DNA from: Eledone cirrhosa
Lineage: Eukaryota
Length of the DNA stretch: 64,000 nt
Assembly (NCBI GenBank): GCA_964016885.1
Contig: OZ024740.1
Location: forward strand, 236,220,001-236,284,000
Direction: 5' to 3'
The notes beneath the pieces are model-generated. The model had not been told where the DNA came from, ran no database searches, and saw only the letters and a program-made list of their open reading frames with translations. A program made the position numbers and the translations under genes. Positions 1 to 11,285 of this stretch are shown piece after piece; position 1 is the stretch's first letter; each line of letters starts with the position of its first letter.

Positions 1-1950
1 TTATAAATTTTTTCCCAATAGAGAGAGAGTCTGTTCCTAAGATAGACACAAGACTCTCTCTTTGGAATTTACCCAACATCAACTAGTTAGATATGTATGT
101 ATGTCTGGATGTGTACAGGTATGAATGGTATTGTATGTGTGGATGTTTTGAGTTGTATGTGTGCATGTGCATATGCTTTGTATCTGCACATGTGTACATG
201 CAGTTATTAGATGCAGGATGTTTGGAATGCTTTACATATTTTTACTGTTCCATTAATGGATTATACTTGTAATTTCCTAAATAGTTGTGTTCTTTCTGTT
301 TCTGTGAAGCCCAGCTTCTCAAGATTTGTATTGAGGCAGTTACTAACATACCCCAGTACCCCAATAATTACAGGTATAACTCTGAAGGTATAGTCAGGGT
401 GGAGTATCTGTAGATTCCTCATTAGTTCTGCATAGATGTTCTCCTTTTTGCTAATCTTTAATATTATATTGGCATCTGGTGGGCAGCTAACTTCTACTAC
501 TGTGCATTTCTTCTTCTCCCTGTCCCATATCATTATATCTGGTCTGTTATGCCTGCATTTTATTGGGGTTTTGACTGGAATATTCCACCAGTACTCTTTC
601 ATATTAATTATGTGTATGTCTCCCACATTGATGTAACTTTAATATGTTTATTGTCAGGGCTATCTTTTCTACAGATTGCATTGTACAGTGTTTTGGCTAG
701 TATATCATACCTCATAGGTAGATAGTACCATGATGACATCTTTGGACAACTGCTTATAACATGGGCGACATCTCCAATGTTAATTCTGCAGAGTATGCCT
801 TTGTTGCCACATCTAGGTGTTTTGCCTGCATTGCTATCTATTTTGTGAATCAGGTATTATATTGATTTCCTGTTCTTGGATTGCAAAAGCATATCTTTCA
901 AAGTGGGAGCCAATATAGCAGTTGTTGGTCCAAGATAGACTACTTTGTTTATCTATATTACTCTCACTTTGGAGCTTCCTGGCAACATATCCATGTATGA
1001 TTTTTTGCTGATAAGCATGCAGATTTTAATCCATGGATTCACTGTGGTATTGCTGGGCAATTTCCCTGAGTGTGAAGTTTTGATTATCATGCAAGGAGTA
1101 TCTTTTAAGGAGTTCCTTTCCAATTCTGTCTCATGCAGACAGACTTGTTCGAGAAACGGGCTCCTACGCTTTGAGGTTCATAGATGTTGTCAGAGGTATA
1201 TGATGCAACACTCAAATACTGTCTGGACTGATGTTAGACCTCTGTCTCCCTGCTTATGTTTCAAGTAGAGGCAGTTTATGTCACCATTGATATAGATGTT
1301 TCTGGTGTTGTTTAGTATTTTTCGGGTTTTAACACTTTTCGTTTATCATCCAATCGAGTATTCCAGACGTTGTTGTTAGGACAGCCACTGTTTTATTGTG
1401 CACAGATATTTCAAATGACCATATTTTTTTCTAAATCGGGTGTAATATTTCCTGGTTACGCATTCCTTGTTACAGATACAATAATAGGATATATTCTCAT
1501 CTATTTGTAGGTATCTGTAGCTGTCCTCGTCAGATATCTGTGAAACAGTTAGGCTATTGATAAACATATTGTTAGATTGGCTTATAGTTTTCCCCAGCTT
1601 TACATTCATATGTGAACATTTATCCTTGCCAAACTCCATTCCTATATCCTTTGAGAACGTTGTAACCAGGTTAAGATTTTTCTTCATCCCATTCATGGTC
1701 TTGGCATAGAGTTTCAGGTCATCTACAAAGAAATTATGAGTTAGGTTCATATTTCTGTTCTCCTGTGAGCCAATTATGTATCCTTCACATTTCTTGAGCA
1801 GAAAGGACAAGGTGTTTAATGACAGAATAAATAGTCGCACAGAGAGACTGTCTCCCTGAAATATACCCCTGTAAATATTCTATTTTATTAGGGAAAATAG
1901 AGTCCTCCTCTGTTTTTAACTATAGGATAGTAAACCAAGAAGTTAGGTTC
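1..1950 (-). mobile_element. 5'-truncated, degenerate R4/Dong-clade-like non-LTR retrotransposon (RT, CCHC knuckle, restriction-like endonuclease)
   Basis: Minus-strand translation gives, in order: RGIFQGDSLSVRLF (~1870-1830), FFVDDLKLYA (ORF 1376..1840), FAIQEQEIN (~890-862), a degenerate knuckle LCRINIGDVAHVISSCPKM..YLPMRYD (~795-705), and HNRPDIMIWDREKKKCTVVEVSCP (PD-(D/E)xK type, ORF 261..626). Multiple frameshifts and stops. Confidence 0.85.
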
Positions 1951-2004
1951 TTTATGATGTATGCATGTATGTGTGTGTGTATGTATGTATGTATGTAAGT
2001 TTAT

Positions 2005-2125
2005 ACACCAAGCAAGATATTAGTCAACTAGAGTCATTAATAGAAGACAACTGCCTAAGGTGTCATGGCAGGATCAAATCTGATACAGCAATAGTTGCAA
2101 AGTAAACTTCTATACTACACAGCCT
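2005..2125 (-). mobile_element. Degenerate tRNA-derived SINE fragment
   Basis: Reverse complement ggctgtgtagtatagaagtttact...gacaccttaggcagttgtcttcta...gttgactaatatcttg resembles an abundant octopus SINE head (from recall). It is similar to 5350-5470 and adjoins a (TATG)n tract. Confidence 0.5.
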
Positions 2126-2712
2126 ATTTATGTTATATTTGACACACTGAATAAAAACTCAACTAGGACTTCAAATCTATCTGCACTGCATTATCTATGA
2201 TTGTTAAGATCTTATATTTCTATTATTTTTTTCAGATAAAATCTCATTAACAATAGTCTAGCAACAGAAAACGCTTAAATGAATTCCACTGTATCTCAGT
2301 CTAAATTGAAAACCTTATCAACTCTACTTGCAATGATATTTGTACCTATAAAATACTCCCTAACATAATTAAATATTATTTTGTATATGTATGAACCTGT
2401 AACTTCTGATGGATTCGTAGGGGTGCCATTGTGACATTGTTTTAAAAACTTAGTGGAGCCCATCTCTACTTTAGGTTTGAAAACAGCTGATTTCTTCCAA
2501 AAAGGAGTGAAAGTCAGAGGGATAGAGTGAGAAGAAGTGATAAAGAGATATATAGAAAGAAATGGTCCCAATTTTGACTGGTATTTTATAATCAACCTCA
2601 AAAAGATGAAGACAAAGTTGACCTTTGTGGGATTTCAGTACAGAGAATAAGAATGAATACTGCAAAACATTCCATCCAGCATTCTAATGACTCTGACAAT
2701 TTGGTGCCTTAA

Positions 2713-2932
2713 CCCTTTAGCATTTAGATTACTCTATATATACTATTGTATTTTCGTGGTAAAGGCTTTATCTCACATAATATCTCATATAATATTGAAT
2801 CTATGACATTTTGATATCATTTATGTTGAGATCAATACCTTAATATCAGTATGAGTGGCTGGTTACGATCAGTTTGAACAGGAAGAGGTGAGAGAATTCT
2901 GGCAGGATATGGCCGGTTTAAATGCTAAAAGG
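2713..2932. mobile_element. piggyBac-like MITE (220 bp)
   Basis: TTAA at 2709-2712 and 2933-2936. Terminal inverted repeats ccctttagcattta / taaatgctaaaagg match at 13/14. No coding capacity. Confidence 0.8.
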
Positions 2933-3147
2933 TTAAATATTACTTTACCATTAAGAATAACAGATTTCTAGTCTCTTACTATCTTATGTAAAAAATATCC
3001 TACTTCCTATATGGTTGTGCTCCATCATGGCTAAAACAAAATGATTTTTAGACACTTAAGATCTACACAGGACATGTTAATAGTTGTAAAAATGCCATTG
3101 CTAGATTCATGTAGTTAGACATAGCTGTTGTTAATTCTTATCATTAT

Positions 3148-3263
3148 GTTTTCAAATCCCGCCGAGGTTGACTTTGCCTTTCATCCTTACGGGGTCGATA
3201 AAATAAAGTACCAGTAATACACTGGTTAATTGCTGGCCTTGTGCCTAAAGTAGAAACAATTAT
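3148..3263 (+). mobile_element. 5'-truncated SINE, same family as 14111-14305
   Basis: ttcaaatcccgccgaggttgactttgcctttcatccttacggggtcgataaaataaagtaccagt...ccttgtgcctaaagtagaaacaattat is nearly identical to the reverse complement of 14118-14230. Confidence 0.85.
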
Positions 3264-3324
3264 GTTTTCAACTAAGCCATAAGATTTTCTAAGAATACAT
3301 ACTAAACTCAATTTATTAATTAAT

Positions 3325-3600
3325 AGAGAAATGTGAACAGTGAAAGGAGGAACTGAAATATATACAGTGAAATGTGAGTAGGTAAAATGTAAGATGTGCG
3401 AAATGTGGGTAGTAAAATGTAAGATGTGTGAAATGTGGGTAGTAAATTGTGAGAAGTGTGAAATGTGGGTAGTAAAATGTAAGATGTGGGTAGTAAAATA
3501 TGAGTTGAAATGTGGACAGTGACATTTAGGTAACAAAATAAGGATAGTGAAATGTGAGCAGTGGAATATGGAGTAATGTGTGAACAGTGATGTGAATTTG
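3325..3600. repeat. Short G/T-rich minisatellite, ~30-bp unit (gtgaaatgtgggtagtaaaatgtaagatgt) with ~15-bp subunits
   Basis: About 4 clear units at 3367-3500 with decaying copies on both sides. It explains the HFTTHISH-repeat ORFs. Confidence 0.8.
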
Positions 3601-5349
3601 GTTGATTGAATGTGGGCAGCAGGAGATTAAATGGGGAAGGAATTAATGCATGTGTTATTTTCTAGAGGCTAGAATCAGTAAATGTCAAAAAAGACTACTT
3701 GTCAAGACTATTTCAGTGGTGTAACATACTCATAGAATCCTTTCTTTATGATGATAATCATCATCATTATCATCTGTTTTCCAATTATTATGGACAGTAT
3801 ACCATCATCATAATTATCATTATCATAATGTCTGTTATTATCATCATAATCTTTTCTTAGGTTATTTCTAGAAATCTATCTGTCTTGGTCATCTAAGAAG
3901 TCTATAGTCAGAAGAGGACTGGGGAAAAATAAAAATGAGAGGGAGTAGTTTGTCAGTTCTGCAGTCCATCGACTGACTAAATTTTTGCTGTATATCACTA
4001 AGATGTCTTCTTTACTGATTGCTATTAAGACAGACATCTTGCCTGAATATTTTACAATCAATGATTTTACTGCAACACCCACTCTAGTTAAAAATACTGC
4101 AAATTATATATATATATAATTTCATTGAAAAACTCTTCTTTGTTCAATAAAAGCTCTTCATTCGAGTCACAATGCCCGTACATCTGTGTTAACTACATAT
4201 ACAATTATTGATAGGCATGCGCAGTCTTCTTGCACTCTTCACCTTTCTCTCATTTTTAATTGCAAAAGCAAAATACAAAAGAATAAAAATCTATTGTTAC
4301 ATCATAGATGTTCCTTTTTTTATTTTTGAACTTTTTTTTTCTTTTATATAATTATAGAAACCTCACCTTGTTTGTTAGTTTATCAATGTTGAAGTTAGAA
4401 TCATATCAAGGCAAGATAAAAGGAAATGACCTTGTCTGTGTCTAGACTGAAAATTTGGAACCAATTGGATGTAATCTATGTAGTTGTTTTATCTATAAAT
4501 AGACTAAAAACTTGAGATTTCTCCATTGCGATGTAGTTTCAGTGAATATTTAACAAAATCAATCAATTTCTTCAAGTGCACTACATCCAGGGTTGAACGA
4601 CTGACGTTGTTCTCATTTAAATATCACTCTTAAAATTGAAATCTTTATTTTATTTTATTTGTTCATAATTTTTTTTTTTTAGAACTCGTTTTAAAACTGC
4701 AGCTGACAACTAATCCAGAAGAGAGAAAGAAAATTAAAAAAAAAGAGAGAAGAAAAAATTTATATTTTTTTTTTTATTATGGTGAAAGAAAAAAGATGAA
4801 GATTGAAAAAATAAAATAAATAGTATTATTAAATATATGAAATCAATAAATATGGAAGAGAAACGTTATTTATTGAGATTTTGGTAGGTTGACAGATGTT
4901 TGAGTGGGTTGGTAGGTCTGTCTCTATTTCTAGAATCATGGCTCAATTAACAGGCAATTCTTATCTATAGTTGAGACAGAGATACTGCAGTGAGAGAAGC
5001 AAGGGTATGGTGATGAGACAAATGCAGTAGATTCTAACATGAAAATGAGTGAACAAAAGAGTATAACATAGGAAAACTAAGGAGATAGGGTTAACATATA
5101 CAAGAGGAATAGAACAGTATCATGTCAAAGGGTTAATAAGATAGGATTGACAGATGAGTACAGCAGTATTATAGCAAAGGCTTAATGAGCATATACAAGT
5201 AAAATAAAATGTAGTATAACTGTATAGTGTTAACCCAGAAGGATAATTCAAAATACACTGTGCGTTAAGATAATATATCTATTTGTATGTATGTGTGTAT
5301 GCACTTACACATGCACACATACAACAAGCATCCATATACCAAATTTACA

Positions 5350-5470
5350 CACATAGCATAAATCAACTCAAGACTATAGAGATATTTACTCATGGTACTA
5401 CACAGAGTGCAATTGGAATTGAAACCATACAGTTTTGAAGCAAACTTCTTAAAACAAAGCCATGCATGTG
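5350..5470 (-). mobile_element. Degenerate SINE fragment
   Basis: Reverse complement catggctttgttttaagaagtttgcttc...atggtttcaattcca...agtaaatatctctatagtcttgagttgatt parallels 2005-2125. Confidence 0.45.
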
Positions 5471-5531
5471 CTAATACATATTATGAGGAAGGGGTGGGGT
5501 TGTACCAATCTGTATATGTGAATGTATGTAC

Positions 5532-6326
5532 CATCATCCTCGTTTAACATCTATCTTCCATGCGAGTATTGGTTTAGACGGGAATTGTCCTACTTGAGGC
5601 AAGATTGGTCGGGTGACCATGTCTCGCTCGTATAGGACTGTCTGGCAGGTTTTCTACGGCTGGATGCCCTTCCTAACACCAACCACGTTTACAGTGTGGG
5701 CTGGGAGGTTTTTACCGTGTTACCTACACGGCCACATTACAGCATGGACTGTGTTTTTCTTGTCATGACACCTACACGATCTCATTTATTTTGAACTGGA
5801 TGTTGTGGTACCAAGATAACTTTACAGAGAAAGGGGTGGTGTTGGTGGGAGTAGGGGTAGTGGGATGGGGTGTATATTTGGTTAAGAGGTGCCTACTGTC
5901 TGTAGGTTTCGCTTTGTACATAGGCAAGGCGGGTCTTCTGTATTACTGCATAGCGCCAAAGCTCTCGGTCCAGTGACATTGTCTTAGAGAGGTGTAAGTG
6001 TGTAAGGTCGAAATTTATCAGATCGTCAGAGGTTTTTCTGGGTCTACCTACTCCGTAACTTCCATCAATTTGGAAGTTCCTGCACTTTTTTATACAACTA
6101 TCGTCTTTCATGTGCATCACGTGACCAATCCAACGTAGTCTTCTTTCGAGTAAACAGCATCTAATCCCTCTTATTCCTAATTTCTCACTTAGTTCATTTA
6201 TGCTTTGCTGTTCATGTATATTACTATTACACATCCAATGGAGCATGGATGCTTCATTCCTCTCCAGTCTGCACAGATCCTCTGCACACAATGCCCATGT
6301 CTCACTGCCATGTAACATCGCTGTTC
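5532..6326 (-). mobile_element. 5'-truncated RTE-clade LINE (ORF C-terminus, 3'UTR, short (GAT)n tail)
   Basis: ORF 5893..6318 reads MLHGSETWAL...ERRLRWIGHVM...GRPRKT. The 3'UTR is colinear with 22512-23020 and 24611-24875. The 5' truncation point abuts atatatat. Confidence 0.9.
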
Positions 6327-6350
6327 ATATATATACACACACACATATAT

Positions 6351-9159
6351 GAATAGCGAATTCTTTACTTGCGAAGATCAGTGTGAAGAATTGTCCTATT
6401 CTCTGCCATGGCACACCCTGATTTGGCTGTAGAGGCCAATCCTGGACCCACAGACTCTGGTATAGTTGAGGCAAGTGTGTACTTGGTCAGTTGGTGGTTG
6501 GGTGGTGGACAGCTTTCTTTTTTGATCTTTGTCTTCAGTTGCTGTCTTCCTGCCTTCCTCAAAGCTGCCTGCAATTGTTTTAATGGTCGCTCTCTATTTT
6601 TCTCTGTCTTCTGCCAGGTGTTCCCATTCCCTTTGATCAATATTGCCTTAAACAAGCTGAGTTGGTCCTTCAAGCGTTTTTGAGGGGCCCCATGGTTTCA
6701 CTTGCCTTGATCTAGTTCACTGTAGAAAACTGCTTTTGGCATCCTAGAGTCATTCATGTTCAAGACATAACCTACCAGGCGGAGCTGTCTGAGCGTCATC
6801 ATGCTCTCAATGCTTGTGATATTGGCCCTCTTGAGAACTCCATTTGTTACAAAGTCCTGCCAACGGATGCCCATAATGAAGCAAAAGCATCACTGATTGA
6901 ATCTTTCCAGTAGCTTGATCTGCTTCCATTACAGGATCCAGCTTTCTGCTCTGTAGAGGAAAGTAGTGATTACAACAGCTCTGTAGACTCTGGTCTTTGT
7001 GGCGAGGTGTAGAGAGTGGTTCTGCAAGCATTTGAATGAGATACTGGCCTTGGCAATGCGGTTTGTCAATGTCATTTGCTGAGGTAGTGTCATTAGTAAT
7101 GACGCTTCCCAAGTCTGTGAAGTGCTCCACTATGCTGAGGGGGTGCCCATCGATGTTAATCTGCGGAGGGTAGTACTTTTCATTTGCTGGTTTCTGGGAC
7201 ATGACTTCAGTTTTCTTGAGGCTGATGGTCAGGCCAAAAGCCTTGGCTGACCAAGCAAAGCAGCTGATGGCTACATGAAGATCTTCCTCCATGTGCACCA
7301 GAAGGGTACAGTCATCTGCAAACAGCAGATCCAGGATCAACTCCTCCAGTGTTTTGGTGCAAGCGAGCCATCATCACAAGTTGGACACACTCCTATCAGT
7401 ATAGAACCGGATGTAAATGCCCTACCACAGATCTTTCTTGGCTTCGCAGAGCATCATACTGAAGAAGATTGCAAATAGGGTTGGGGCAAGGACACAGCCT
7501 TGTTTCATACCATTCTTGATGGGGAATTGATTGGAGAGACCACTATTGTGCTTCACCTGTCCCTGCTGTCCAGGGCAGTGTGGAGTTGCTGGAGCATGGT
7601 CAGGAATTTAAGTCTGCATCTAAGTCTGCTGAGGATCTTCCCCAGTCCATCCCTCCTGACTGTATCAAATGCCTTCGTCAGTTCAATGAAGGCAGTGTAC
7701 AAGGCCATATTTTGTTCTCTACATTTTTCTTGGATCTGGTGAAGTACAAAAATCATGTCTGTGGTGCCGCAGTTAGCACAGAATCCAGATTGGCTTTCTG
7801 GGAGAACATCTTCTGCAATGGCTGGGATGAGTCTATTGAGCAGGACACGAGCTAGAATTTTGCCTGCGGTTGAGAGTAACATGATGCCACAGTAGTTTGA
7901 GCAGTCTGATTTTTGGCCTTTGTTCTTGTACAGGGACATTATCACAGCATTTCAGAGGTCTGTTGGTATCTCTCTCTTTGACCAGCACTATACAAACAGG
8001 TCTGTGAGCATCTCAAGGAGTGAGCCACCACCATACATATACACCTTAGTGGGTATACCATCAACACCAGGCGCCCTCTGTGTTTTCAGATGGATGACTA
8101 GAGTCTTTATCTCCCCTACGGAGGGTAGTGCATCCAGCTCACTTTTGACTTGCTGCTGTGAGATGTTGTTGATTGAAGCATCTACTACCAAGCATGGGTT
8201 GCCATAGTGTTTGGTTCAGCGGTTCAGGATGGCCTTTTTGTCAGTGAACAGTGTTGACCCATCTGCTGAATGGAGAGGGGCTTGTGTTTGGTGAATGCGG
8301 CCATAGACCTCCCTGAGTGCCTCATTGAAAGGTTTGGTTTTGCCAGTATCCGCATAGTGCTGTATTCTCTTGGCCTGATCTGTCCACAAGGGAAAGCGAT
8401 CAACATTGATGTGTTCTTGAATTGTGGGACTCTTTTCTTCTCTGTGGGCTTGACCATCAATCTGAGAGATTGATGCAAACATTCCAACATGCTAGCTTGA
8501 GACTTCTTGTCTTTGTAATTTTCTTTGTAAATTTCTTCTTCTTGTTTTCACCAATGATGAGATGTCTGTTGGCCACAGAGAGCCAACCAGGTGAGGGTGA
8601 AATAAGCTTGTTTAGACCACCATTTCTAGGTCCGTCTCCTTGTGGAGCAAGCAGTGCTGTCCTTTTGGAGAGCTGCTTGGTCACCCTGTTATCTCATTCA
8701 GTGAGAGTCAGTGCACACAAACCAGTCCTACTCTTTAGGACATGGAGTGCTTCCCCAGGGACTCAGCATTCTGAGATGACTAGGTTGACTGCCAGGCGAT
8801 AGGTTTTACATAGAGTGTCCTTCTCCTAGCCTCTGACTCAAAAGCCTATCCCAGAGGGACTAGGGGTTTGGAGTCACAGTTTTCCTTCTCCTAGGCTGAT
8901 TGCCAACCAAAGCTAATATGAGCCCAGCCTGCCTATTGCTCAGTTATACTGCTGAGTACTCAGTTGCACCTGCATCAAGCTCTGTAGAAACAGGAGGTAC
9001 CATGGGAAGGTGTTGCTGGAGACACAGTTGAGGAGAGGCCATATGCATGTGCGCACAGCAAGCTGTAGACACAGTGGCAGTCACTTCCCCTGGTCAGAAG
9101 AGGCTCTGCAATTGCATCACTATCCTTGATTAGGTGGGACGTTCAGTCCAAACCCTAAC

Positions 9160-9160
<1 letters not shown>
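6351..9160 (-). mobile_element. RTE-BovB-like LINE with both ends but an internally deleted endonuclease; frameshifted
   Basis: LKLACWNV (~8500) marks the APE start. Linker FNEALREVYG..DGSTLFTDKKAILNR, then RT motifs APGVDGIP, NYCGIMLLSTAGKILARVLLNRL, FIELTKAFDTV, LLFADDC and C-terminal CLNYTRVCGSRIGLYS. Both ends are flanked by acacacacacatatat, a TSD-like sequence (6335-6350 and from ~9167). Confidence 0.88.
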
Positions 9161-9193
<33 letters not shown>

Positions 9194-9194
9194 A

Positions 9195-9370
9195 AATAAA
9201 ATTATTAAGTCAAATATTTTAAATTTGGCTTCGTTTATTAAAGGTGTACAGCTATATATATTTTGGTGACAACCATCCTTGGCTGTAACCTCTTCAGGCA
9301 GTCCGAATTGGTACACATGTTGTTGAGGTGTTTAACTCCGTCAATACTCCGATATGCCCAGTTCCTGGTT
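9195..9370 (-). mobile_element. Probable Penelope-like element terminal fragment with decayed hammerhead motif
   Basis: Minus strand reads actgc-CTGAAGA-ggttacagcca(agga)tggttgtcacc-aAAA-tatatata-gctgt: an 11-bp stem II with GAAA mutated to AAAA. It ends near a (TA)n tract. Confidence 0.45.
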
Positions 9371-10078
9371 GGGTTGTTATTTCTCTGAGGAACTGGAATC
9401 ATATGAATTCGAACAAATGAATTTCGGCATCAAAGGAACTCTCTCCTCCCATTGGTCAGTTGTGAGAACATTCCTCAGTCAAAAGTCTATAGAAATTTTT
9501 CTGAGGCAAGACAATCTGTTGTGGTTGTTTTTGTTAAGTACAGCTGACCTCATCCCTTGTATTGGTGTTAGGGGGTCAGGGGGTCAGTAGGCAGGTCAGC
9601 TTTAGTTCGGCTGCTGCTATGTTTAGAAGAATGTGTGTGTGGGTTGACATCCCCCCCCCCGTGGTGGTCGGGGGGAGGGGTGCCAAACAGATGAAGAAAT
9701 AAGATAATGTAAAATGGAGAAATAAAAGAATTAGAGGCAATAAAATGAAGAAAATAAAAGGATAAAAAAGTTTAAAAAAACAAACAAAAAAATAATAAAA
9801 TAATAAAAAGAATAAGATAATAAAAGAATAAAAGAATAAAATAAAATGCGTGTCTGTTATATGTGTGTGTTATAACCAATCTCAAAGTTTGAAAGATTTG
9901 GAAAATATTGACTGAAGTAGAAAGGCTGTGTGTCAGGATCGGGAAGTGCAAAGGATCACAATGGTGTGGTGCATTTTAACCCGAGTGTTAAAAACTGGGA
10001 ATTCAGAGGACTACATATATATATATATACTATATATATATAGAAGGGATTTGTAGTTTACATGCAGCATTGTATATG

Positions 10079-10427
10079 GTATAAAGAATTCAAAGTTTGA
10101 AAGCCATGACAATGCGGATTGGATCGAAAATATTTAAGTTGTAAGAAACAAAGGGTGTTTTTTTACCTTAATTTATTGATATGTCCTGATATTTCGAGAT
10201 TAATATCTCTTCTTCAGAGGAAAATAAAGGAACTATTCCAGTGTCCGATGTAGCATGGTATAGCATACTGGAATAGTTCCTTTATTATCCTTGGAAGGAG
10301 ATATTAATCTCGAAATATCAAGACATATGAATAAATTAAGGTGAAAAACAGCCCTCGTTTCTTACAACTTAATTATTTTCCGTCCAATCCGCATTGTCAT
10401 GGCTTTCAAACTTCAAATTCTTTATAT
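10079..10427. repeat. Long inverted repeat (~165-bp arms, ~22-nt loop), probably an inverted PLE terminal repeat
   Basis: 10079-10243 is the reverse complement of 10266-10427 with scattered mismatches. The insert is bounded by (TA)n tracts and its arms contain a hammerhead motif. Confidence 0.9.
10184..10221 (-). ncRNA. Minimal type-I hammerhead ribozyme motif
   Basis: 5'-UCCU CUGAAGA A GAGAU AUUA AUCUC GAAA U AUC AGGA-3': stem I UCCU/AGGA, intact core, 5-bp stem II, palindromic AUAU in place of helix III, AUC cleavage triplet. Confidence 0.7.
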
Positions 10428-11084
10428 ATATATATATACATATATACATTAGGGTTTTTTTAATGTATAAATCCAGCATGTAATTCATGTGACTGGATGT
10501 GATGTTACGTTTGAGTGATAATTTATATCCAACTATTTTGTAATTTTGAATGATCTACATATGTTGTGTTATTTAGACGGATTAGTTTTCTACCAACAAT
10601 CCCACTTCTATTTAACCCCTAGACATTTGGGAAATATGTAACCAATTGGTCTAGCCTATATGGTTAATATACATGTGTAATAACTTTGCCAGTTGGTTTT
10701 GCAGTAACTAATATAATAAGATTGCTACAGCTCTATCTTACAATAACCCCGATTGCTTGTGCATAGCCTGCTTTTTATGTCTTGCCTGTCTATATACATG
10801 TTATACTCAGCTCTATCCTGTAATAACCATAATTTGCTTGTGTATGGCTTGCACTTATGTGATACCCACCTATATGCTTGTGGAGCACCCATTGGCTATG
10901 TAATTCGGATACCTACCAGTATACCTTGTGTATGTATAACATGGTGGGGATTCTGATTACTGTGGTCTCTCTGGATGTACCGCAAGGACCTCCTAATGCT
11001 TATATAATTATAAGTTACGGGGATCCTATTCACTCATTTTAGTAGGGACCAGCGCTTAAATTCCTCTGGCTTCTTTATGTGCTT

Positions 11085-11285
11085 AAAACATTTTTCTTCT
11101 TTCTGTTTTTATTTCTTTTTTAAAAACTTTTTATTTTTATTTTTTTACTTTTTTTTACTTTTTTTACTTTTTTTACTTTTTTTACTTTTTTTACTTTTTA
11201 TCTCTTTGTATTATCTTCCTTTTATTTATTTATTTTTTTTTTTTTATTATTTTATTATTTCATTATTATTTTTTATTGTTTTAAC
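11085..11285. repeat. T-rich low-complexity tract including (TTTTTTTAC)n
   Basis: About 6 tandem 9-mers at ~11140-11200 within a T-rich run. Confidence 0.85.

Noticed and set aside
2226-2400. Possible splice acceptor ttttttttcag and exon
   Set aside because: Stops occur in all three frames within ~30 bp and there is no recognisable protein; it cannot be supported without RNA data.
5040-5235. Degenerate repeat with recurring gggttaa/agtat words
   Set aside because: Periodicity is too weak to define a unit by eye.
9152-9160. ccctaacc telomere-like word at the RTE 5' end
   Set aside because: A single unit, expected by chance.
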